32,000 nt of DNA from Acaryochloris marina S15 (GTDB lineage Bacteria; Cyanobacteriota; Cyanobacteriia; Thermosynechococcales; Thermosynechococcaceae): the NCBI RefSeq assembly GCF_018336915.1, contig NZ_CP064927.1:1-32000 (forward strand), written 5' to 3'. Position 1 is the first letter of the stretch. Every line of letters starts with the position of its first letter. Under the pieces are notes generated by a model, which worked only from the letters and a program-made list of their open reading frames with translations, was not told where the DNA came from and searched no databases. The position numbers were made by a program, and so were the translations under genes. Below are positions 23,765 through 31,660 of this stretch, in pieces.

Positions 23765-24197
23765 GGGCTGTTGTTTACATAGCTTAAAATGTTACTTTGC
23801 CAATCGGATTGATTGACAAGCACTTTACCTCTTTCAGAAGTCATTATTTACTTCCCCTCCTAGAAATTTGATTCGCTTTGCGTAAAAGAAAGGTATGAAG
23901 CCGATAAATCTCTAGGAATAAATAATTTTTGCCCAGATTACCAGTGACAAGAGCAATACCCCTTATAAGGCCAAGCTGACAAGGAAAATCTAGGGATAGA
24001 TGCGTGTATTTAGAAGATGAATCGATTGAGATATCTTCAATACGTTGATGAAAACCAGATTTTAAGCCTGAGGGGAAATTTGCCCATCATCTTAACCGCT
24101 CCCCATAGGGGTTCCAAACAACCCAATCTGGCCCCTGAGCAAAGTGATGTCAAGTCCATTAATCAATTTATTGTTCTCTAGCTAATGAGGAATCACG

Positions 24198-25130
24198 ATG
24201 GCAAAGAGTATTGAAGGCATATCTGGTCAGATCTGGGATGATTATTATGAAAAATTTGAAGCTTACTTCAGCCGTGATTTAGTGAGGGATGGCTGTCATC
24301 CCTTGATCTTTGAGCAAGTTGAACCCACCGATAAAGCGATTGTGTTGGTTCATGGATTGTCTGACTCTCCCTATTTTATGAGCGCGATTGGGGAGTATTT
24401 CTATCAAAAACTGGGGTACAACGTCTACTTGCCGCTTCTGCATTTTCATGGTTTGAAGGATCCCAAAGAGATGGAAGGAGTAGAGCTAGAAGAGTGGAAA
24501 GCGAACGTTAGATTTGCCATCAATGTGGCCGAAGACAATGCCGAGAAAGTTTCCATCGGAGGCTTATCGACGGGTGGTGCCCTGGGCTTTTATATGGCAG
24601 CAACTAGCCCAAGGATTGACGGCGCACTATACCTATTTTCTGCAGCACTTGATCTGGCGGGTGGTCGGCTTGGACTTATAGGTGAAGTAAAAGAACGTGT
24701 ACTGAGAACCTTTTGGCCTGATCTACTGAAACCTATTCTGAATAGAAATGCCCCTCCCTTAGTTGGAGACAATCCCTATGGATATAGCCATGTTGATCTA
24801 GATGGGGCTCAAGAACTCGCGAGGCTGATTAAGGAAACCGATATTCTACTGAAGGGATTTAGTCATAAAGCACGGTTTGCAAAGCGGGTCTTTGCTGCCC
24901 ACTCCGAGTCTGACACTACGGCTAGCTTAGAAGGGATTAGAGAGCTACAATCTGTGTCAGATCCGACTCTATTCCACCCCTATATCTTTCACAAGGATCT
25001 AGAAATTTCCCATGCTAGCCTTGTCCTCGAAGATACTATTGCGAATAATGAGGGGCAGATCATAAAGGACGCAAATCCCCAATTTGCCGAGATGATGACA
25101 GAAATTAAGCAGTTCCAAGATGGAAATTGA
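24198..25130 (+). CDS. Alpha/beta-hydrolase-fold esterase/lipase (carboxylesterase or monoacylglycerol-lipase-like)
   Basis: VLVHGLSDSPYFM is an oxyanion-region-like strand-loop, and the nucleophile elbow is GGLSTGG. Candidate catalytic Asp is in HSESD and His in EISHASL. There is no signal peptide. Confidence 0.75.
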   Translation: MAKSIEGISGQIWDDYYEKFEAYFSRDLVRDGCHPLIFEQVEPTDKAIVLVHGLSDSPYFMSAIGEYFYQKLGYNVYLPLLHFHGLKDPKEMEGVELEEWKANVRFAINVAEDNAEKVSIGGLSTGGALGFYMAATSPRIDGALYLFSAALDLAGGRLGLIGEVKERVLRTFWPDLLKPILNRNAPPLVGDNPYGYSHVDLDGAQELARLIKETDILLKGFSHKARFAKRVFAAHSESDTTASLEGIRELQSVSDPTLFHPYIFHKDLEISHASLVLEDTIANNEGQIIKDANPQFAEMMTEIKQFQDGN

Positions 25131-25520
25131 GTCGAAGTACTGAACCGAGAATTTTTGTCGTAGAGTAATCGATTAAGCGGTTTGTGGCATGAACTAGCTC
25201 TGATAGTGCTTGGACATAGAGGGTTTATTCAGGACGAATTGGCGCAATTGACTCCGATTTAGGCTTAGGCTGACTACCCAAGCAGTGAGCTTACAAGTCG
25301 CTTTAGCTTGCATCACATCCGTCAGGGGTGAGATTACGCTATCCATTTTGAGAAGTTGCATATTTTTTTTGCGAATAAGTGATGTCTAGTAGGACAGTCT
25401 GTGGATTCATCAAATCCTGCACAGATAATTTCGAGCTAATCCTTTTAGACTTGCAATATCTGAGGCATGGACTTTCTACTAAATGTTCATTAAAAGACTA
25501 ATTCAAGCAAGGAAATCAAT

Positions 25521-26354
25521 ATGTCGAAAGAGCTAGGATTGATTGCAATTCACGGAATGGGGGATACACCTATTGATTTCTCAGATGAGCTAGAACAAAT
25601 ATTAAGCCAACAAGTTGGTGGAGAACTTTGGAAAAAAATTCACTTTGAATCAGTATATTATCAGGGAATTCTTCAAAATAATGAACGGCGCGTCTGGAAT
25701 AACATGCAACTGTTATCTACTGAAAAACTTCGGTGGTCTTTACTGAGGAAGTTCATGCTATTTGGACTCGCAGATGCCTCCAGCCTAGAGCATAAAGCTG
25801 ATGCAGATAATAGTGTTTATAAACAAACTCAAAAAATTATTGCAGAAAGCTTACGTAAAACAAAAAGTCAATTAATTGATAAAGACCGTCCTGTAATTGT
25901 AATTGCTCAATCACTGGGTGGGCAGGTAATTTCTAACTACATTTGGGATTCCCAAACTGGAGGAAATGGTATTTGGAAGAATGGTACACCAGATTCACTA
26001 AATCCTAGTGCTGATGAAAAAGAGTTTCTGCAATTGAAAACGATGAGATCTCTCTATACAACAGGATGTAATATCCCCCTATTTGTAGCTGGATTTGATA
26101 AAATTTCAGCGTTTAATGGAGCAGTGATGCATCCTCAATTCCAATGGAAAAATTATTATGATCGAGATGATGTTCTAGGTTGGCCTCTCCAACCTTTATC
26201 TAATGACTATGACAAGCTAGTAAAAGATATAGAGATTAATGCTGGAAATATTGTTTCAGCTTTCACCCCATTCAGTCACAATGAATATTGGAGTGACCCT
26301 GATTTTACTAAGCCATTATCTCAAGAAATAGTAGGCATACTCAACAATCCTTAA
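25521..26354 (+). CDS. Second, unrelated alpha/beta-hydrolase-like (lipase-like) protein
   Basis: LIAIHGMGDT, the nucleophile elbow IAQSLGGQV, candidate Asp in YYDRDDVLGWP and candidate His in PFSHNEYW. There is no signal peptide. The gene is AT-rich. Confidence 0.55.
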   Translation: MSKELGLIAIHGMGDTPIDFSDELEQILSQQVGGELWKKIHFESVYYQGILQNNERRVWNNMQLLSTEKLRWSLLRKFMLFGLADASSLEHKADADNSVYKQTQKIIAESLRKTKSQLIDKDRPVIVIAQSLGGQVISNYIWDSQTGGNGIWKNGTPDSLNPSADEKEFLQLKTMRSLYTTGCNIPLFVAGFDKISAFNGAVMHPQFQWKNYYDRDDVLGWPLQPLSNDYDKLVKDIEINAGNIVSAFTPFSHNEYWSDPDFTKPLSQEIVGILNNP

Positions 26355-26499
26355 AATTCCGCATCATTAGGTATCTAACAAATTAAGGCACGAATATAAA
26401 AATACTGTCGCTAGTAGATTTGAAGATAGATTTGGTTTCTATCTCATGTAAATTTTTTAGTGTACGGTTTTTATTCAATTTGTGTCAGTCTGTTCAATC

Positions 26500-26542
26500 A
26501 CGATGAAGACAGTAATATGTTCTATAGAACTGTCTTCATCGT
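26500..26542. repeat. 14-bp perfect inverted repeat between convergent genes
   Basis: ACGATGAAGACAGT (26500-26513) / ACTGTCTTCATCGT (26529-26542) with a 15-nt spacer. The palindrome TTCTATAGAA (26520-26529) overlaps the junction of spacer and right arm. Neither side has a clear U-rich tail. Confidence 0.7.
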
Positions 26543-26595
26543 AATTCTTGGAATTTAGCTGTTGAATAATCAAGTAGAATGCAAAATTGATGAAA

Positions 26596-27981
26596 TCAGC
26601 CAATCGGCACAATCTCAACCTCACCATCAAACCGCCAGTACTGGGTGATCTCTTGCCCGCCTCGCTGTCGTTGGGGATTGGATACAAGCCGGGAAATGTG
26701 ATTCCCTCCCCGCACATCCGCTAACTGGTCCGTGGCGATCTCTCCCCCAATTGCAGCCACTGTCCCCATCACTCTATCCCCGAAAGATTCTCCTCCCTGG
26801 CGCTTCAGTTGCGCTCTCAGGTACTTAGTATTCTTGCGTCTGACCTCCATCGTCCCTGGCTCAATCTCTTGACCATTGATACTGACCACATGAGCCGTGA
26901 ACTGCAAGCCATTCATCTTTTGAATCTTGGCCTCAGCCATCTGACCTTTATGAGGTCCACTGGTGATTTTCAAAGGAATGACCACCTGTTGAGCCTCTTG
27001 AGGGGATAACCATTCCACATGATCAATTACCTTGGCCTTCATGGAGGTCCGGGTCGGTGGTGCTGCACCCTGGCCTGAACCATAGAACTCAGACTCAAAC
27101 TGATCCACCGTTTGAATCTCACCCGCCATAAAGTTGACCTGATAGTCAGGCTTTACTTTTGTCTGAGGTTTAGCTTTACTCCTATTGGCAAAGGCTAGCT
27201 TGACGGGTTTAGCCTGGGGCCGAGGGGTATAGGTGGGACGGGTGACTTTCGGGATTTTGCCTATCGAGGATGTTTGGGAGGATGACTGAGGCTTTTGACT
27301 GATCTGATAGCGGTTACAGCCTGGAACGTTCATACTCCGCTCCACATAGCCCACACATTCATTCAAGGAGGGGCCGCTAGGCTTAGACTTGGCAAGCAAG
27401 GAAGGGCTGGGCTTTGCTGGAGTATAGGTGCGTTTTGGAGTCGAGTTGCCATAGAGCCGACGAGGAACCCTGACGGTATTTTTTGGCTGGACGGGCTTAC
27501 CCCCTACCTGCAAGGGTTTTTTCTGTCCAGCCTGCTGGGCTTTCAGGGCTTTCTGCTTTTGGGCCTGCTGCTTGAGCCGCTTTTGTCGTTGATCAAACGG
27601 CTCTAAGTCTGCGGCTTGAGTTAATCCCATGTTGTCTTGGGCAAGCTGGGCTTTCTCCAGTTCAGACTGCTGAAGCTTTTCCGTCAGGCTGATAATCTGC
27701 TTATCCTTATCTCCCAAGGCCATCACCACCTGGGGCTTCGGTCCCCATAGCTTATAGCCCACGAACCCAGTGATAAGCAGAGGGACGGCGATGAAACCAA
27801 TCCTAAACCAGGGCTGCAGATAGTAGGGATGTTTGACCTTATCCCCTGGATCCACCATTTTCTCTAGATCGTTGATGGGACGACCCTCAGCCACCTTGTT
27901 CTCTTCTAAGAGTTCATTGAGTTCCGGGTCTTCCAACAATGTGGCTTTGGCTTCCTCGACCTGGCGTTTATCTGTCGGCAT
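26596..27981 (-). CDS. Bitopic transfer protein with VirB10/TrbI-like architecture (short cytoplasmic N-terminus, one TM, coiled coil, Pro/Lys-rich linker, C-terminal beta-rich domain)
   Basis: The TM segment is FRIGFIAVPLLITGFVGYKLW and the coiled coil is LTEKLQQSELEKAQLAQ. The long linker is K/P/Q-rich (KPVQPKNTVRVP...TPRPQAKPVKL). The C-terminal domain is about 190 aa. The assignment rests on architecture only; I recognise no diagnostic motif. Confidence 0.45.
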   Translation of the reverse strand: MPTDKRQVEEAKATLLEDPELNELLEENKVAEGRPINDLEKMVDPGDKVKHPYYLQPWFRIGFIAVPLLITGFVGYKLWGPKPQVVMALGDKDKQIISLTEKLQQSELEKAQLAQDNMGLTQAADLEPFDQRQKRLKQQAQKQKALKAQQAGQKKPLQVGGKPVQPKNTVRVPRRLYGNSTPKRTYTPAKPSPSLLAKSKPSGPSLNECVGYVERSMNVPGCNRYQISQKPQSSSQTSSIGKIPKVTRPTYTPRPQAKPVKLAFANRSKAKPQTKVKPDYQVNFMAGEIQTVDQFESEFYGSGQGAAPPTRTSMKAKVIDHVEWLSPQEAQQVVIPLKITSGPHKGQMAEAKIQKMNGLQFTAHVVSINGQEIEPGTMEVRRKNTKYLRAQLKRQGGESFGDRVMGTVAAIGGEIATDQLADVRGGNHISRLVSNPQRQRGGQEITQYWRFDGEVEIVPIG

Positions 27982-28014
27982 GTCTCGCTCCTTGTCTCTG
28001 TTCTCTGGGTTGTT

Positions 28015-28692
28015 CTAGGTGGGCAGGTCCACAATGTTGGTAATCAATAGCTCTGCATGGAGGGCATCATCAATCATGCGGCCCAGCTCTGTATCGGCAA
28101 TTTGCCAGTTGGGTCTAAAACCTTGGACGGCTCTCAAGGTCAAGATTTTGTTGATTTTAACGGGGTTATAGATCAGGTTGTTTTGACCATCAAAGCGGTA
28201 TTGGGTGGCGTATAGTCTGATATCCCATTCATGGGCTTCTGGATCTATGCGCTCAATCTTGGCTCCCGTGAGGGTGGTCTTTGTATGGTGGGATTTGCCC
28301 ACATAGTTGGTGAAGGGGTCTTTGGCTTTGGCATAGGCGATGTGCTGACGCCCCAACCACTCGGCCCGGATATCAGGATGGATCTTGAAGGCTTGGGTAT
28401 ACATGGGCAGGGGATAGATCACCTTGCCTTCACGGTGGCCTTCACCATTCATGGGCCAGGTATAGGCGACGGAGACAAATTCTTGGGCAAATCTCAGGAC
28501 CACATCATCACTGCGATAGAAGGGATCTACGGGCTGACCTTTGACGACTAACCCGGAGTCAGTCTGGATATACACCTGAGAGGGGGCTTGGGCTCTGGCT
28601 CCTTGGGTAAACCAGGAGAAGCACACGAGGATATTCAGCAAGAGAGCTGAAACTACCAGGAGGGGAAGGAATCGAGAGAGTTTCTTAGTCAT
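28015..28692 (-). CDS. Periplasmic or membrane-anchored 225-aa transfer protein (VirB8-like size and topology, unverified)
   Basis: The N-terminal hydrophobic segment ends in ARAQA and is followed by a soluble domain of about 190 aa. The gene is tightly packed in the operon, 6 nt after the upstream stop. Confidence 0.4.
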   Translation of the reverse strand: MTKKLSRFLPLLVVSALLLNILVCFSWFTQGARAQAPSQVYIQTDSGLVVKGQPVDPFYRSDDVVLRFAQEFVSVAYTWPMNGEGHREGKVIYPLPMYTQAFKIHPDIRAEWLGRQHIAYAKAKDPFTNYVGKSHHTKTTLTGAKIERIDPEAHEWDIRLYATQYRFDGQNNLIYNPVKINKILTLRAVQGFRPNWQIADTELGRMIDDALHAELLITNIVDLPT

Positions 28693-28698
28693 TGGCAG

Positions 28699-29175
28699 TT
28701 ACCACTCGTCGTAGATCGAATAATCAAACTCGGAATAAATATCGTCCAGGTCTCTCGTGCTTCTTCCATCACCTCCAGAGGTCGTTACCCCCAGTAGGAA
28801 TTGCACCAATAGAAAGAACAGGGTCAATCCCGACAGGAAGAACCAGACAAAGATGAAATGGTCAAAGGTCCAGCAGAAGGCGAAATAGAACAGCACGGTC
28901 ATCCCATAGATAAATCGGAAGTCTGACCACCAAAAGCGAAAGTCGGGGACAAAGAGCTGGCAAAATATGAGTCCACAGCCCAAGGTGAAAAAGGAGTCCA
29001 ACCCGGATAGCTGCTCTGCCCCAGCAAAGATGCGGTGGTAGCCTGCAAACAGGGTGAGGACGATGCAGGCCATTACCCCAGATAAGGGAGTCAGATCGGC
29101 AAAGCCCCCGTTGAGAGTGATCAACATCAGGGCAAAGACGATAAAGATAACGGCGATGGTTTGGTACAAGGGCAT
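28699..29175 (-). CDS. Polytopic 158-aa inner-membrane protein, first gene after promoter copy E
   Basis: It has four or more hydrophobic helices and an acidic C-terminal tail (DLDDIYSEFDYSIYDEW). AAGGGAG lies upstream of the ATG at 29175. Confidence 0.6.
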   Translation of the reverse strand: MPLYQTIAVIFIVFALMLITLNGGFADLTPLSGVMACIVLTLFAGYHRIFAGAEQLSGLDSFFTLGCGLIFCQLFVPDFRFWWSDFRFIYGMTVLFYFAFCWTFDHFIFVWFFLSGLTLFFLLVQFLLGVTTSGGDGRSTRDLDDIYSEFDYSIYDEW

Positions 29176-29205
29176 GATTTTCTCCCTTTAATCTTGGTTG
29201 TAATG

Positions 29206-29237
29206 AACATAGGCAAGATGGCTTTTGAGATGCAAAT
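29206..29237 (-). promoter_or_regulatory. Copy E of the conserved 32-nt promoter/operator motif
   Basis: In the sense orientation it reads ATTTGCATCTCAAAAGCCATCTTGCCTATGTT. It ends 30 nt upstream of the ATG at 29175 and lies in the 66-bp gap after the stop at 29242. Confidence 0.6.
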
Positions 29238-29241
29238 CGGC

Positions 29242-30501
29242 TTAATAGGCTTGCTCTCTACGGTTACGAGAGGCAATCATGGCCGAGCTGGCAATGCCCC
29301 CGGCAATCCCTCCAGCCGCACCCGCCATTCCTAATGCTCCCCCTCTAAAGCTGGACGCTGCTTTGAACCCGCCATAGAACATAGAGGCAGAGACGAGGGG
29401 AGCGAGGAGGCCATAGGTCAAGGGAAAGATATATCCCCCCAGCTCAACCAAGGTTGGTTTTTGCAGCATCAAGGCGACGATGCCGATGCAGAGGATATTG
29501 CCAAATTCGGCTAGGGAAAACATCATCAAGGCGAACAGATTTAGATCAAACAGAAAGTGTCGCTTGGTGGGCATCAGGGAAATGGCATAGGTAATGGGGG
29601 CAGCGACGGCGGTTAGGTAAAACCCCATGTTCAAAAAGGTGGTCCACACCCATTGGATGGCTCGGAAGATCAGGCGATAGGTTTCTTGGGAACCATGCTT
29701 GGCGGCATCTGAGGCCAGTTCTCCCATTTTTTGCAGGGGGATGACGAAGGTATCTAGGTTCTCGGTTACGAAACCGGGTAGGCCATCCACGCCATACTTT
29801 TTGAGGTCCGTGGCGACGGCAATATTGGTCCCCACACAGCCCTTTTCACATTCAGCCGCAACTTCTTCTTGCAGGCTTTGGATATAGGCGGTCATGGACT
29901 GAATGCACTGAAGCTTTTTGTAGTACTGACGCTGTTCATCCGTCAGGGGGGTATCGGGGTTGGTGGGTTCTTCTAGGGAGGGGATGGTGGTAATGGGGGT
30001 TTCAATCAGGTTGCATTGCTTGGTGCGGAAGGCGATACTTTCTCGGTATTTCTCCGTTAGGTAGGCATCTTTAATGGCACTGCGGAAGGTGGTGGCGAAT
30101 TCGGTCTGAACATAGGCTTCCCCTATGATGCCTAAGCGGACCTGATTGATAAATAGGCCGACGGCATGAACCCCGGCAAAGTTATTGGCTAAGAGGACGA
30201 GGATAACGACGACGGGGATAATGCTCTTGATGCTGAAGACGGTGCCTTTGGTGATGCTAGGGCCAGCCTGCATCATGCCTGAGCCGTAATGAAGGAGGAC
30301 GACGAAGAGGGCAAAGAGGGTGACCCACCGGACGACGGTGCCAACGGCTCCAAAGGCGATACGGTTGGTTTGACCGTCTAATCCTTTAGAGCGGTCAAAG
30401 GTGGCTTGCCACAGTTCATCCCAAAACCCGTCATGGGCGGCAGAGGGTTCGAGATCGCTAATCAGGTCTTCGGCAAAGTCGGCATGGGCATGGGTCGCCA
30501 T
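29242..30501 (-). CDS. Polytopic membrane protein with VirB6/TrbL-like architecture; start uncertain
   Basis: It has at least six hydrophobic helices and a Gly/Ala-rich C-terminus (GGALGMAGAAGGIAGGIASS). The ORF-track start at 30720 would overlap the upstream gene by 176 nt and adds a Ser/Thr/Cys/Pro-rich stretch that does not look like protein. The next ATG is at 30501 (MATHAHADF...). Confidence 0.55.
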   Translation of the reverse strand: MATHAHADFAEDLISDLEPSAAHDGFWDELWQATFDRSKGLDGQTNRIAFGAVGTVVRWVTLFALFVVLLHYGSGMMQAGPSITKGTVFSIKSIIPVVVILVLLANNFAGVHAVGLFINQVRLGIIGEAYVQTEFATTFRSAIKDAYLTEKYRESIAFRTKQCNLIETPITTIPSLEEPTNPDTPLTDEQRQYYKKLQCIQSMTAYIQSLQEEVAAECEKGCVGTNIAVATDLKKYGVDGLPGFVTENLDTFVIPLQKMGELASDAAKHGSQETYRLIFRAIQWVWTTFLNMGFYLTAVAAPITYAISLMPTKRHFLFDLNLFALMMFSLAEFGNILCIGIVALMLQKPTLVELGGYIFPLTYGLLAPLVSASMFYGGFKAASSFRGGALGMAGAAGGIAGGIASSAMIASRNRREQAY

Positions 30502-30544
30502 ATGCAGAACGATGAGGATGCCAAAGAGGAGGGCAAGGGCAATT

Positions 30545-31657
30545 CTACGGTTGCGTTTGGGCTGCAGCCAGAGGCTGAGGTTCCACCAAGCCTGGGAAAT
30601 GTAGGAGGTTACTGGTGTCGGATGCGGCCAGGTGCTGGTACATGTCCTTGAGCTTTTCATATTCATGCTGGTTATTGAGGGTGGTAAAGATTTGGCCTTG
30701 CTGGCGCAGTTGAGCGGCATCGAGGTATTGAGAGACGGTTTGCTTGTCTACGAGGATGGATTGGGTGGTGACGATGTTGCCTAGGGCTGAGGTGTTTCGC
30801 ACCATGGATTCGTTGACGGCATTGAGTTGAAAGGCATTGCCCGCCAAGATGTTGGCAATCTCGGTGTTTTGCTTTGTCTCAAGTTTGTTGACGGCTTGGG
30901 TGGATTTGGAGCTTTGGGCTGAGGTGCCATATTCACCAACGACGGTGCTGGCATAGATGCTCTGGTCTTTGACTTGGGTAGAGGCAAGGACGGATTCAAG
31001 TCCTCCTTGAGCGGCGGCAGCGGCGGCATCTCTGGCATCAGCGGCCACCTGATCTTGGACTTTGAGGATCTCTTGGGATTCTGGGGAGTAGATAAAGTCC
31101 CCGGTTTTCTGGATGGCGTTTTTGTAGACGATGTTTTCGTTTAAGGCTTTGGCCCGCCATTCATAGGGTTCTTGGGGGTCGAGCTTTAAGACTCCAACAG
31201 AGCCAGCCGTGGCGTAGGCAGGGCCTTGATTACCTTGACCGATGAGGATGGGAGTAGATCGATTAGAGGCTGTGTTGGCTTTCTGGGGGTCGATGATGCC
31301 GTACTGTTCGAGGATGTTGAAGACGCCATCGGTAATGCTGCTGGCATTCTTTCCAGTAATGCCGTCATAGACTTTTTTGACGTTCTTGTAGGTCTGCAAT
31401 CCTTGTTGGGCTTTGCCGAGGATGTCATAGAGCTTTAGGGTGCTTTGATGAAGGGGGCGTTTGTCGTTGCCCCCCAACAGGATGTCTTTGAGGAAGCTGG
31501 GTTTAGTGTCTTTGGCGTCTTGGTAGATATCATCGACTTCATAGATACCTTGGGAGTTATATCCATCAGTGGCATTAGAGAAGACTTGGGCTTTAGTGAG
31601 CTGGGGGCTAGAGAAGACGATGGCGATGGAGAAGATTAGGGCTTGAGGTTTAGGCAT
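30545..31657 (-). CDS. Secreted 370-aa hypothetical transfer-region protein
   Basis: Signal-like N-terminus MPKPQALIFSIAIVFSSPQLTKAQV. The mature part is Q/A/T-rich. The gene starts 3 nt after the upstream stop. I recognise no motif. Confidence 0.6.
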   Translation of the reverse strand: MPKPQALIFSIAIVFSSPQLTKAQVFSNATDGYNSQGIYEVDDIYQDAKDTKPSFLKDILLGGNDKRPLHQSTLKLYDILGKAQQGLQTYKNVKKVYDGITGKNASSITDGVFNILEQYGIIDPQKANTASNRSTPILIGQGNQGPAYATAGSVGVLKLDPQEPYEWRAKALNENIVYKNAIQKTGDFIYSPESQEILKVQDQVAADARDAAAAAAQGGLESVLASTQVKDQSIYASTVVGEYGTSAQSSKSTQAVNKLETKQNTEIANILAGNAFQLNAVNESMVRNTSALGNIVTTQSILVDKQTVSQYLDAAQLRQQGQIFTTLNNQHEYEKLKDMYQHLAASDTSNLLHFPGLVEPQPLAAAQTQP

Positions 31658-31660
31658 GGC

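Noticed and set aside
24017-24181. 54-aa plus-strand ORF (MNRLRYLQYVDENQILSLRGNLPIILTAPHRGSKQ...) upstream of the first hydrolase gene
   Set aside because: It is too short and I recognise no family with confidence. The PIILTAPHRG stretch hints at a gene fragment, but I cannot support that from sequence alone.
26475-26717. 80-aa minus-strand ORF overlapping the 3' end of the VirB10-like gene
   Set aside because: It overlaps the better-supported 461-aa frame and extends through the 14-bp inverted repeat.
5455-29237. Interpreting the six 32-nt motif copies as oriT/nic sites (the CTGCCTATG core is vaguely reminiscent of MOBF nic regions)
   Set aside because: Six oriTs are implausible. Every copy has fixed orientation and fixed 29-34 nt spacing relative to a downstream start codon, and each has -35/-10-like hexamers at promoter spacing.
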